Source: Planctomycetota bacterium
GTDB lineage: Bacteria > Planctomycetota > UBA8108 > SXIK01
NCBI GenBank assembly: GCA_965223845.1
Contig: CBDCXR010000004.1
Location: forward strand, 6,528,001-6,592,000
Reading direction: 5' to 3'
Length of the DNA: 64,000 nucleotides
Shown: positions 39,781-49,458 of the stretch, piece after piece
How the letters are laid out: each line of letters starts with the position of its first letter
Numbering within the stretch: the first letter of the stretch is position 1
Translations under genes and position numbers: made by a program
Notes under the pieces: model-generated
Databases searched by the model: none
Seen by the model: only the letters and a program-made list of their open reading frames with translations
Told to the model about the DNA's origin: nothing

Positions 39781-42153
39781 CTACTTCTCCACCGTCCAGT
39801 AGTAGTCGGCGTCCGTCACGGTCGTCAGATACTTCTGATCACGGGCACGCATCCACTGGCCCACGTACGACTCATTCAAGATTGCGAACTCTTCGCCGTA
39901 GTGAATGACGTTTGAAACGGACGTGTCTTTCTTGCGGATTCGCCAGCGCTCGCTTTTGTAGCCCGGTTTGTAGTAGTAGAGCGAATCGGCCCTCCAAGTG
40001 CCGAGCAGGTTGTACGCTCCAACGCTTCGCTCGGTCGTCTTGATCTCGACCTCTGCTCCGTCCTTCAGAATGCCCGTGCCCCCGACGAATTCGAGACGGA
40101 TCGCGTTGTGACCGAGGCGAGGGTGGTACTCCTCTGCAGCCGCTGAGGCCACGTAGAACTCCTCTTGGGCGACGACGTAGAGCCCGTCTTGCGATCGCAG
40201 TTTTACCGCCTCGCCGAACGAGACGGGTTCGGTCGGAGTCGGCTCTCGGCTCTCGAGTCTCCAGACGAACTCGGCGTCCTCCGCGGACGTCAGAAATTCC
40301 CCGGTTCCGTATCGAGTGATGCACTGTCCCGGGAACGCGCAGCTGAGGAAGTAAACCCGTTCGCCGGAGTGGATCGTCGAATCCCCGCTCGCGTCGAATT
40401 TGTGGATGGTCCAATCGTCGTTGTTGTAACCGGGTTTGTAGTAGTAGAGCCTCTTCGTGAGTTTCCACGCGCTCAGCCGGTTGTACTTTCCCACGCTGCC
40501 CTCGGTCGTCTGGATTTGAACTCGCGCTCCGTCTTTGATCTCTCCCGCACTCCCGATCACGCGCATCGTCACGGGGCTTCCCGCGCCGAGACGCGGGTAG
40601 TACTCGGCTTCGCCGATCGACGCGATGATCGAATCTCCACCCTGAGCGACGAACTCGCAGCGATCACCGAAGCGGAGCGGGTTCCCTATCGGTGGCGGCA
40701 CCGGCTTCGCGATCGTTTCGCTGTACATCTCGGTCGCCTTGTCCGGCGGATTCGATTCGACGCCGGCCCAGGACGGGTACTGATAGTACGTGGCTTTGAC
40801 GCCGTCCGTCGGAGTCGTCCGGGCTAGATCGATGATCGCGAAGCCGTGGTTGTAGTATCCCTGGCTCGCGTCGAGTCGGTACTTCTCCGGATCCAAGTAG
40901 CTGATCTCTTTGTACGTGATCGCATAGGGATCCTCGGCGACGGTTTCCTCATACGCGCTCGCGCCGACCAGTCGCCCCTTCGCGAGACCGTAGAGTCCGC
41001 TCGCGTACAGGACTTGGTTGTGCTCGTGGCCCCAGTACCAGACCGCGATCTCGTCGGCGAAGTACGGCTGGAACGCGGCGAGAAGATACTCGTTGAGCCA
41101 GGGAGTGCTCGAATCGCGGATCGTCGAGTTTGCGGAAAACAATTGATGGTGAGAGAGGAGAATGGTCGCGCCGGGAAACTCCTTGAGACGGCCTCTATGC
41201 CAGGCGATCTCTGAAGGCTCGAGCCACGGCGCGCGCTGGATAATGGGGTTGTGGTCGTTGTACCCGGTGTCCATCCCCAGAAACTGCCAGCGGTCGTCTT
41301 CGGTGCGAAGGCAGAAGTAACTGGCTTCCTGTCGCCAGGACGCTTTCGCGTCGGAATGCTTCTTCGGATCGTTGATGCTGTCGAGCAGTGGATAGAAGCC
41401 TTTCCCCTTCGCGTAATAGTCGTGGTTCCCGGGGATCGTGAAGATCGGCACGCGCCGGCCGACTTCTGCGGAGACTCGATCGACGATCGCCGCGAAGTTA
41501 GCGTCTGTCTCCGCCGGAGTACCGGCGTAGTAGACGTCGCCGACGTGGATCACCGCGCTCACGTTGTAGTCACGGAGGACGCGCACGAAGATCTGAACCG
41601 CGTCGTCCATTCCCGTTGCCCAGTCCCCGATGATGGCGACTCGCGCGTCGTTCGGGAGCCGGTAGTCGACGACTCCGTACTTGGGATCGCCGTGTCCGTC
41701 GCCGAGCCAATCGCGATAGACGAGATCGAAATGGTCGAAGGCGAGATACTCGCCGAGGCACCTGATCCAGCCCTTGATGTCCGCGTCGCTGTATTTCCGC
41801 ACTTGCGCGTGAAGCTCCGCGACGCGAGCTCCGTCCCCACGCCGAGTCGCCTCGGCGAGCTCGTAGTACCGGTCCGATAGCGCCACTTGGATTTGGTGTC
41901 GTTGCTCTTCGGTCGCGTTCGCCTCCGCGGCGAGGAGCTCGGGCGAGACGGGCGGGATCGGCTCGTCGCGGTACGCAGCCTTCACGTGTGCCGTTGCGGC
42001 TCGCACGAGCGGATGGCTGTACACGTTCTCGGCTGGGTGCTCGTCGCCGGCGTCTCTGAGTTCCTTCCGGCAGACTTCTGCTACCGCCGATTGCCAGAGG
42101 GAAAGCGATGGGTCTCGAACGGTTCCGATGGGGCGCGGGGCGGGGTTCGACAT
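39781..42153 (-). CDS. Calcineurin-like metallophosphoesterase with two tandem C-terminal beta-rich domains
   Basis: GDW, GDVYY, GNHD, SHH, GHEH; ATG 42153 after GGGAGG; duplicated ~145-aa C-terminal unit. Confidence 0.88.
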   Translation of the reverse strand: MSNPAPRPIGTVRDPSLSLWQSAVAEVCRKELRDAGDEHPAENVYSHPLVRAATAHVKAAYRDEPIPPVSPELLAAEANATEEQRHQIQVALSDRYYELAEATRRGDGARVAELHAQVRKYSDADIKGWIRCLGEYLAFDHFDLVYRDWLGDGHGDPKYGVVDYRLPNDARVAIIGDWATGMDDAVQIFVRVLRDYNVSAVIHVGDVYYAGTPAETDANFAAIVDRVSAEVGRRVPIFTIPGNHDYYAKGKGFYPLLDSINDPKKHSDAKASWRQEASYFCLRTEDDRWQFLGMDTGYNDHNPIIQRAPWLEPSEIAWHRGRLKEFPGATILLSHHQLFSANSTIRDSSTPWLNEYLLAAFQPYFADEIAVWYWGHEHNQVLYASGLYGLAKGRLVGASAYEETVAEDPYAITYKEISYLDPEKYRLDASQGYYNHGFAIIDLARTTPTDGVKATYYQYPSWAGVESNPPDKATEMYSETIAKPVPPPIGNPLRFGDRCEFVAQGGDSIIASIGEAEYYPRLGAGSPVTMRVIGSAGEIKDGARVQIQTTEGSVGKYNRLSAWKLTKRLYYYKPGYNNDDWTIHKFDASGDSTIHSGERVYFLSCAFPGQCITRYGTGEFLTSAEDAEFVWRLESREPTPTEPVSFGEAVKLRSQDGLYVVAQEEFYVASAAAEEYHPRLGHNAIRLEFVGGTGILKDGAEVEIKTTERSVGAYNLLGTWRADSLYYYKPGYKSERWRIRKKDTSVSNVIHYGEEFAILNESYVGQWMRARDQKYLTTVTDADYYWTVEK

Positions 42154-42651
42154 CACAACCTCCCTGAGTGCGATCACGCGGCGTGCTAGCCCGGATTCCT
42201 CACCAGACCCTTGTGACGGCTCGCCGCTTCGCTCACCGAATCTGGAGATGGTTCGAACATCGATCCGCTGTCGATGCGGCCGAGAGGCGAGGATAGTCGA
42301 CACCTCCGAGGTTCGACGAACCCCGAATCTCGGGCCGCGAACTCAGGCGCCCGAAGTACGAGAGATGTTGTGACCCGAAGAGCGCACTGGCCTTAGCTCG
42401 AGTTTGGCCATGCCTCGGCGGCGCGACCGGCCTGAAAACCGGTATGTCCTCGGCGATCTCGACTTTCGAGACCCGCGACGTGATTCCGACGGGTGACGAA
42501 AGTCGGCGGCCGGCCCTTCAGGGGACGCCAGGATCGCCGATGCCATCACCGCGTTCAGTCGACGGTGGCCTCCAGCATCGCCTCCTTCTCGCCGTTTGTC
42601 CTCGGCGATCCTCGCGCCCTCGCGCTCACCGATTCATGACCAAACCCGAGC

Positions 42652-44151
42652 TTAGGCGATGATCTCCTCGATCACCTCGCCGAACTCCGACTCGAGACGT
42701 TTGTGTCCGGGGAGCTCGAGCGCGTGCGGGTCGAGTCCGAGGAGTCGGAGGACCGTCGCGTGGACGTCGGTTACGTAGTGCGGATGTTCTTCCGCGTGGA
42801 AGCCGATTTCGTCGGTCGTCCCGTGCGCGATGCCGCCCTGGATTCCTCCGCCCGCAAGCCACACGGAAAACCCGTAGGGATGGTGATCGCGACCGTTTCC
42901 GCTCTGCGATCCGGGCGTGCGGCCGAACTCCGTGGCGAACACGACGATCGTGTCGTCGAGGAGGCCGCGCGCGCTCAAATCTTCGAGGAGGCCGGCGATC
43001 GGCCGGTCGACTTGCGCGGAGAGCTTCGAGTGATTCGCCTTCAGGCCCGAGTGCGCGTCCCACGCACCGGCCGCGCCCGCGCCGTGCATGATCTGGACGA
43101 AGCGTACACCCCGCTCGATGAACCGTCTCGCGGCGAGGAGCTGCCGGCCGAACGGTCGCGTGACGTCGTGGTCGAGTCCGTAGAGTCGCTTGATTTCCGC
43201 GCTCTCCGTATCGAAATCGAGGGACTCGGGAACCGCCGCCTGCATGCGGAACGCGAGCGCGTACGAGCGGAGGCGCGCTTCGAGCTCGGCGTCGCCGGGG
43301 TACCGTTTCGCGCTCAGTCGTCCGAGTTTCGCGACGAGATCGAACTCGGCGCGCTGCTCCTCCGGCGAGAGATCGAGCTCGGGTCGGCCAAACTCGAGCG
43401 GGTTTTTCGGATCGACCTTGATGGTCACCGCGTCGTGCGCCGGACCGAGGTAGTGGCCGTCGCGGGTGTCGAAGTAGCGCGGTCCCATGTTGATGAACTG
43501 CGGGAGGTCGTCGTTGAGAGTGCCGAGTCCGTAGCTCACCCACGCCCCGAGCGTCGGAAAGCGACCGTCGAGCATGTGCCGTCCGGAATGAAACTCGACC
43601 TGCGCCCCGTGGTTGTCGTCGGTCGTGTACATCGATCGCACGAAGGCGATCTTGTCCGCCTGGCTCCCGATGTGCGGAAACCAGTCGCTGATCTCGATGC
43701 CGTTCTCGCCGTAACGCTTGAATCCGACCTGGAGCGGATAGAGGACGTTTCGCTGCTGTCCGTTCGCATCGTTCACGACGACGACGCGGACGCGTCCGAG
43801 CTTCTCGGGATCTTGGACCGAACGAAAGCGCGTCTCGCCAATCTTCTTCCCGGCATGGCGATCGAGCGCCGGCTTGGGGTCGAAGCTCTCCATGTGGCTC
43901 ACGCCGCCGCGCATGAAAAGCCAGATGACTCGCTTCGCCCGCGGACGGCGGTGCGGTTTCCCCGTCGGGGGGCGCCAGCTGTCTACCTCCGTGCTGCCCG
44001 CTCGCGCGTCGCCCGCGAGGAGCGCCTGAAACGCGATGCCGCCGAGTCCGGCGCCCAGACCGTGAAGAAATCGTCGGCGCGGGAGGGACGCCGGGCTGCG
44101 TTCCGCGCCGGGTGGATTCGCGAAGGGATCGATTCGGCGGTTCAGCTTCAT
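42652..44151 (-). CDS. DUF1501 domain protein (Tat-exported)
   Basis: RRRFL signal; [44 protein letters not shown]. Confidence 0.93.
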   Translation of the reverse strand: MKLNRRIDPFANPPGAERSPASLPRRRFLHGLGAGLGGIAFQALLAGDARAGSTEVDSWRPPTGKPHRRPRAKRVIWLFMRGGVSHMESFDPKPALDRHAGKKIGETRFRSVQDPEKLGRVRVVVVNDANGQQRNVLYPLQVGFKRYGENGIEISDWFPHIGSQADKIAFVRSMYTTDDNHGAQVEFHSGRHMLDGRFPTLGAWVSYGLGTLNDDLPQFINMGPRYFDTRDGHYLGPAHDAVTIKVDPKNPLEFGRPELDLSPEEQRAEFDLVAKLGRLSAKRYPGDAELEARLRSYALAFRMQAAVPESLDFDTESAEIKRLYGLDHDVTRPFGRQLLAARRFIERGVRFVQIMHGAGAAGAWDAHSGLKANHSKLSAQVDRPIAGLLEDLSARGLLDDTIVVFATEFGRTPGSQSGNGRDHHPYGFSVWLAGGGIQGGIAHGTTDEIGFHAEEHPHYVTDVHATVLRLLGLDPHALELPGHKRLESEFGEVIEEIIA

Positions 44152-44161
44152 CGGGATCTGG

Positions 44162-46552
44162 TCACCGCACGGTGACGAAGTCGTTGTGATTGACGAGGGC
44201 GTGGACGAGGCCCGCGCGTGCGCGCTCCGAGCGCGCAGCGTCGTTCTGTCCGGAGGCTACGCTCTGCAGTTCGGCGAAGGACTCGACGCAGGCAGCGAGC
44301 TCTTCTCGATCCGGTGACCGAGCGAGGACGGTCTCCCAGGCGATCTGGATGAACTCTGCGTCGTTCGCGGGCTTCTCGTCGCTTTCGATCCGGCGGGCGA
44401 TCTTCCGTGCGAGCTCGAGCGAAAGGTGGCTGTTCGAGAGCGCGAGCGCCTGCTGCGGGACGATCGTCGCCGGGCGGCGGTAGCAGGCGAGGATGTCGGC
44501 ATCGTCGAAGGCCGCGAGGAACCGCTCGCGACTGTCGCGCGAGTGAACGAAGTAGAGACTTCGTCGTCTCGTGGTTCTCGCCTGCTTCGTCGCGATCGAG
44601 GGACCGCCCTGCGACCGGTCGAGCTCGCCTGAGAGCGCGAGCAGGCTGTCTCGGATCGCCTGCGCCTCGAGCCGAACGGAATTCCGTCGCCAGTAATACC
44701 GATTCTCGGGGTCGGTTCTGAGACTCGCCTTCGGCGCTCGCCTCGTCTCGCTCGAAAGCTGATAAGCACGTGAGGTGACGAGGACGCGGTGGAGGTGTTT
44801 CAAGCTCCAGCCGTTCTCGACGAGCTCGACGGCCAGCCAATCGAGGAGCTCGGCGTGGAGCGGTCGCGCGGATCGCGTGCCGAAGTCCGTCACTTTGTCG
44901 ACGAGCGCACGGCCGAAGTGCCGGAGCCAAACATGGTTGACGATGACGCGGGCCGTGAGCGGGTTTCGCGGATGTACGATCCAGCGCGCAAATGCCGTCC
45001 GCCGACCCGTCGTCGTCTTCGGGTATGGCTGGCGTCGCGAGTCCACGGTCTCGTCGGGTCCCTCGAGAGCCTTCCACGACGGCCGTAGTGACGTGTAGTC
45101 GTCGCCTGATTGCTCGCGTCGCGCCTCGATGCGTGCGAGAGTTTTCTTGGCGTTCGCGAGCTCCTTCGCGGCCTTCGTCTTGACGTCGCCCTTCTCTTCG
45201 AGCGAGGCGCACGCGAGATCTCGTTCGGCTCGTGCGACGCCAAGTCGCGCCTCGGCGTGCTCGCTCTCTCGAGCCGCGCTCGCGGCACGCGCGACGAGAT
45301 CATCGACGGTGTCTCTCACGGGACCCGATTTCGCGACATCGGCGGCGTGTGCCGTCTCAAGGGCGCGCCGTCTCAGTTCCGCAGCACCGAGCTCGGCTTT
45401 CGCCACCGCGAGCTCGAGTTGGACGCGAGCAGAGGTCTCGCTCGATGCATCGTCGCTCGCGAGCTCCGTCGAGCGCTTCGCGAGGGATTCGAGTCGCTCG
45501 CGTGCCCGAGCGATCTCCGCGTCCGCCTTCGCGAGGTGATCGCGGAGGACGTGCGGGCGAAGCGCAGGTCGGTACGCCTCGACGGGGAGAGCTCTCGGCT
45601 GGGGAGCGAACGGGATCGGTCCGATCACCGCGGGAACGCCCGGTGCGATGACGCGGGACTTGTCCGGATCCTTCGCGTTCCCCCGAACGTGGAGATAGGT
45701 CGGCGAGTCGAGGTGGGCGTCGAACGCGCGCGGGAGGCCGTCCTTCTCGAGATCGACCTCCCCCGGTGCGGGGTCGAGACGTACTTGGTGCGGCTCGAAG
45801 ATCGCCCGAAGGCGGTAGTACTCGACCTGCGAAATCGGGTCGTACTTGTGGTCGTGGCACTTCGCGCAGTTCGCGGTGAGGCCGAGAAAGGCCTTCGCGG
45901 TGTGCTCGATGGTTTCGTCGAGCCACGTCGTCCGGTTGAAGAGGTAGTAGTTCCGCGCGAGAAAGCCGGTTGCCCGAACACGCCGCATGTCGGTCGGGGC
46001 GAGCTCGTCGGCCGCGAGCATGTCGAGAACCATCCGGTCGTAGCCGAGGTCTTCGTTCAGCGATTCGATGATCCAGTCCCGCCACCGCCAAATGTGTTTC
46101 TGGCTGTTGCGAAGCTGCGCGCCGAGTCCGAACCAGTCGGTGTAGCGCCAAAGATCCATGAAGTGCCGGCCCCAGCGTTCGCCGTACGCGGGGCTCGCGA
46201 GGAGGCGATCGACGACGCGCTCCCACGCGCGCGGATCTTCGTCGGCGACGAACGCTGCCACTTCGGCGCGCGCCGGCGGAACGCCGACGAGATCGAGGTA
46301 GACGCGCCGGAGAAGCACGGCGCGATCGGCCGTTTTGACCGGCTCGACCTCGTGCTCCGATTGCTTCGCACGCAGGAACGCATCGACGGGATGGTCGGCC
46401 CAGTCGGCGTCGCCGACCGCGGGAATCACGGCGCGTTCGGGCGGGACGAAGGCCCAGTGCGGTGATTCGCTAGCGCTCGATGGCCCGGACGCGACAGCGA
46501 CGTGAACAGCGACCGCGGCGAGGAACATGGTCCGTCTCATGACGCGGGTCAT
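44162..46552 (-). CDS. DUF1549 + DUF1553 domain protein
   Basis: [64 protein letters not shown]; start 46552 or 46540. Confidence 0.93.
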   Translation of the reverse strand: MTRVMRRTMFLAAVAVHVAVASGPSSASESPHWAFVPPERAVIPAVGDADWADHPVDAFLRAKQSEHEVEPVKTADRAVLLRRVYLDLVGVPPARAEVAAFVADEDPRAWERVVDRLLASPAYGERWGRHFMDLWRYTDWFGLGAQLRNSQKHIWRWRDWIIESLNEDLGYDRMVLDMLAADELAPTDMRRVRATGFLARNYYLFNRTTWLDETIEHTAKAFLGLTANCAKCHDHKYDPISQVEYYRLRAIFEPHQVRLDPAPGEVDLEKDGLPRAFDAHLDSPTYLHVRGNAKDPDKSRVIAPGVPAVIGPIPFAPQPRALPVEAYRPALRPHVLRDHLAKADAEIARARERLESLAKRSTELASDDASSETSARVQLELAVAKAELGAAELRRRALETAHAADVAKSGPVRDTVDDLVARAASAARESEHAEARLGVARAERDLACASLEEKGDVKTKAAKELANAKKTLARIEARREQSGDDYTSLRPSWKALEGPDETVDSRRQPYPKTTTGRRTAFARWIVHPRNPLTARVIVNHVWLRHFGRALVDKVTDFGTRSARPLHAELLDWLAVELVENGWSLKHLHRVLVTSRAYQLSSETRRAPKASLRTDPENRYYWRRNSVRLEAQAIRDSLLALSGELDRSQGGPSIATKQARTTRRRSLYFVHSRDSRERFLAAFDDADILACYRRPATIVPQQALALSNSHLSLELARKIARRIESDEKPANDAEFIQIAWETVLARSPDREELAACVESFAELQSVASGQNDAARSERARAGLVHALVNHNDFVTVR

Positions 46553-46617
46553 CTTACCGAGCGCGTCGGCCGCGCGGGACGATCTTCTCGCCCGCACTCG
46601 AGTCGGTGCGGCACGAT

Positions 46618-46659
46618 GAAGGGCCCCGAGAGGACGGATTCGTCCTCTCGGGGCCCTTC
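46618..46659. terminator. Perfect 19-bp stem-loop downstream of the dockerin cluster
   Basis: GAAGGGCCCCGAGAGGACG-GATT-CGTCCTCTCGGGGCCCTTC; no clear U-tract. Confidence 0.6.
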
Positions 46660-46699
46660 GAGGTCATCGTCGACGGTGCGATTCGCCGGTCGAGAACGG

Positions 46700-49264
46700 T
46701 CAGCAGTTCGTATACGTACAGTCGAGCGCCGTCTCGTCCGCCTCCTGGCAGTCGACGCCGCCCACCGGCGGCTCACCGTCACCGAAGAGATTGTTGAGGA
46801 GGTTGATCGGGTCGGCGATGTTCACCGTGCCGTCGTCGTTGACATCCGCCGCTTCCTCGCAGGCGGGTGGGACGCCATCGTCCGCGAAGAGGAAATTGAG
46901 CGAGTTGATGGCGTCGGCGATGTTCGCCGTGCCGTCGTCGTTCGAATCTCCGCGGCGGAACACGATCGGGGGAACCTCCGAGTCGTTGACCTTGAAGTTG
47001 TCGTACGCGATGCGCTGTCCGTTGAAATAACTCCAGAACCCGATGTGGCCGACGCGGTACGTCGTGTCGAACACCTCGACCTTCCGTTCGCCATCGACAT
47101 CGAGCCAGATCTTTTCGTCGTCGACTCCGATCGTCCACGTCGTCCCGGGGTCGACATCGTCCGTGCCCGCGATGAGCGATGTCTCGACGCCGTCCGTCCA
47201 CACGCTGATGCGGTAGCCGTGGTCGGCCTCGCGATCGATCCAGTCGATCGAGTAGCCACTGTTCATCCCGCGGGGATTCGGCCCCGAGCCGAAGAAGAAG
47301 ATGCCGCCGTGGCGGCCGACGATGTCCCCGGGGTCGTTCAGAAACGAGACATCGACTTCGATCTTGAAGACCCCGCCGAAGCCGAGCGGGGGATCCCCGG
47401 CGTAGATCCAAGCTTCCGGCGCGGCCGGAACGTCGACGACGAGCGCGTCGTCGACGATCTGCCAGTCGCCCTCGACAATCGTCCAGTCGCCGAGATCGCC
47501 CGGCTCGCGATTGAAACTGTCCGACCAAAACAGGACTTCGTCGAAGACGCGAACCGTGCGTGAGGTCTCGCTCGTATTGCCCTCGCTGTCTTCGACGGTG
47601 AGTGTCGCGGTGTACGTATCTCCTGCCGTGTACTCGTGGGAGACTTGCGCCCCCTCGCCCATCGTGCCGTCGCCGAAATCCCAACGGTACGCGGTGATCG
47701 GGGTGGTCGCTTCGCTGCAGGATGCGTCGAACTCGACCGTGAGTGGCGCCGTGCCGGTTTCCGGAGTCGCGGTCATGCAGGCCGTGACCGGGACTTCCGA
47801 GAAGCGGAGATCGACGCGGTTCGCGAGAACCTGGGTGTTCGAGTACGCCCAAACGGAGAAGGCTCCGGCGCGGTACGTCCCGTCGGCGACCTCGACGACG
47901 AGCTCGTCGTCACCGAAGACGCGGATGAGTTCGCCTTCGACCTCGACCTTCCAGACGAGCGGCGGGTCGGCGATTTCGGGTGTGCCGACGTGAAGCGGAG
48001 TGTGCTCCCCGTTGTCGATTCGAATGAAGCGGAACCCGTGATCGTCGATGCGGTCGATCCAATCGATCGTGTATCCGCTCGTCGAGGCATCCCAGCGGTT
48101 GTTCGGCATCGACGCGAAAAACATGAGTCCGCCGTGCTTTCCGACACCGTCGTCCGGCGCCATGAACTCGAGCTCCACCTCGGCCGTCATGTTACCGCCG
48201 AATCGGAGCGGCGGTTCGCCGGCCCACGCCCACGCTTCGCCGCCCTCGACGAGATTGGTGAGGCGCTCGTCGATGAGCTCCCAGGTCCCCGAGAACGGCG
48301 TCCAGCCGGTCACGGGACCGTCCTCGCGATCGAATTCGTCCGAGAAATCGTCGGCGATCTCGAACACGGCGACGTCGATGGTCGTCTCGTCCGTGTTCCC
48401 CGCAGAATCTTCGACCGTGAGCGTCGCCACGTAGTTGTCGGCGAAGAGGTACTCGTGCGCGACCATCGCTCCCGAGCCGGTCTCCCCGTCACCGAAATCC
48501 CATTCGTACGAGACAATCTCGGTGGAGGTGGACGAGCAGCTCGCGTCGAAGTTGACCGTGAGCGGGGCGCCGCCCGTCGTGATGTCCGCGTTCGCGCACG
48601 CCTTGATCGCGGCCGGGGTGAAGTCGATGCTCAGCTCGTCGAGCGTCGTCTGCGTGTTGTTGGCCCACGCCCACGCACCGAAGTGTCCTTCGCGATAGGT
48701 GTCGTCGATCGCTTCGAGAATGAGCTCGTCGTCCCCGTAGATGAAGATCGATTCGCCCTCGATTTCGAAGCGCCACTCGCTCGGCGGATCGGGAAGCTCG
48801 AGCCCGCCCGTTCCCTGCGCGAGAATCGCGAACGAGCCACCGTCCCAGCGGATGAGACGCATCCCGTGATCGGCGTCGCGGTCGATCCAGTCGATCGTGT
48901 AGCCGGTGATGAGACCGTCGTTTCGGTGCGTCGGCGTCGACGCGTAGATCATGAACCCACCGTGACGACCAACGGGGAGCGGCGGATCGCCCAAGAACTC
49001 GACCGTCACGTCGGCGATGAGGTCTCCGGAGGTCACGATTGGAGGATCGCCCGCCCAGGCCCACGACTCCGCGCCCGCGCCGACGTTGAAGAGGCGTTCG
49101 TCGAGGATCTGCCACTCGCCGAGCGCAACCGTCCAGCCGGTCGCCTCGCCGTCGGCACGATCAAACGTGTCGACGAACTCCGGTTGTGCGTAAACGGAAG
49201 CCGTCAGAAGCCAGCTAAGAGCGGAAATACAGAACGCATGAGCGATCGTTCTTGAACGCATCAT
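46700..49264 (-). CDS. Secreted protein: 3x WIDR (DUF1080/ConA-like) domains, 2x PKD, dockerin-like domain
   Basis: Signal peptide; 3x G[RK]HGG...WIDR..DHG; 2x YxWDFGDG; FRRGDSNDDG..NIAD. Confidence 0.88.
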   Translation of the reverse strand: MMRSRTIAHAFCISALSWLLTASVYAQPEFVDTFDRADGEATGWTVALGEWQILDERLFNVGAGAESWAWAGDPPIVTSGDLIADVTVEFLGDPPLPVGRHGGFMIYASTPTHRNDGLITGYTIDWIDRDADHGMRLIRWDGGSFAILAQGTGGLELPDPPSEWRFEIEGESIFIYGDDELILEAIDDTYREGHFGAWAWANNTQTTLDELSIDFTPAAIKACANADITTGGAPLTVNFDASCSSTSTEIVSYEWDFGDGETGSGAMVAHEYLFADNYVATLTVEDSAGNTDETTIDVAVFEIADDFSDEFDREDGPVTGWTPFSGTWELIDERLTNLVEGGEAWAWAGEPPLRFGGNMTAEVELEFMAPDDGVGKHGGLMFFASMPNNRWDASTSGYTIDWIDRIDDHGFRFIRIDNGEHTPLHVGTPEIADPPLVWKVEVEGELIRVFGDDELVVEVADGTYRAGAFSVWAYSNTQVLANRVDLRFSEVPVTACMTATPETGTAPLTVEFDASCSEATTPITAYRWDFGDGTMGEGAQVSHEYTAGDTYTATLTVEDSEGNTSETSRTVRVFDEVLFWSDSFNREPGDLGDWTIVEGDWQIVDDALVVDVPAAPEAWIYAGDPPLGFGGVFKIEVDVSFLNDPGDIVGRHGGIFFFGSGPNPRGMNSGYSIDWIDREADHGYRISVWTDGVETSLIAGTDDVDPGTTWTIGVDDEKIWLDVDGERKVEVFDTTYRVGHIGFWSYFNGQRIAYDNFKVNDSEVPPIVFRRGDSNDDGTANIADAINSLNFLFADDGVPPACEEAADVNDDGTVNIADPINLLNNLFGDGEPPVGGVDCQEADETALDCTYTNC

Positions 49265-49458
49265 CGAAAAGCCTCCATCGGGCCCCTGCCCAACCGATCG
49301 GTAGTAACGATTCTCACCACCCCTCCAGGCTACGAGCCGCTCCCGCCGGCGACAATGATTCTCGCGCTAGAAAGGCGAAGCGCGCGAACGAATCGGCGAC
49401 CCGAACGCCGGCCGATCGGGTCGCCGATTCGCTCACTGAATTCGTTCAAGAATTCGAA

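Noticed and set aside
42154-42651. 500-bp intergenic gap as ncRNA or mobile-element remnant
   Set aside because: No recognisable RNA motif, terminal repeats or convincing ORF by eye
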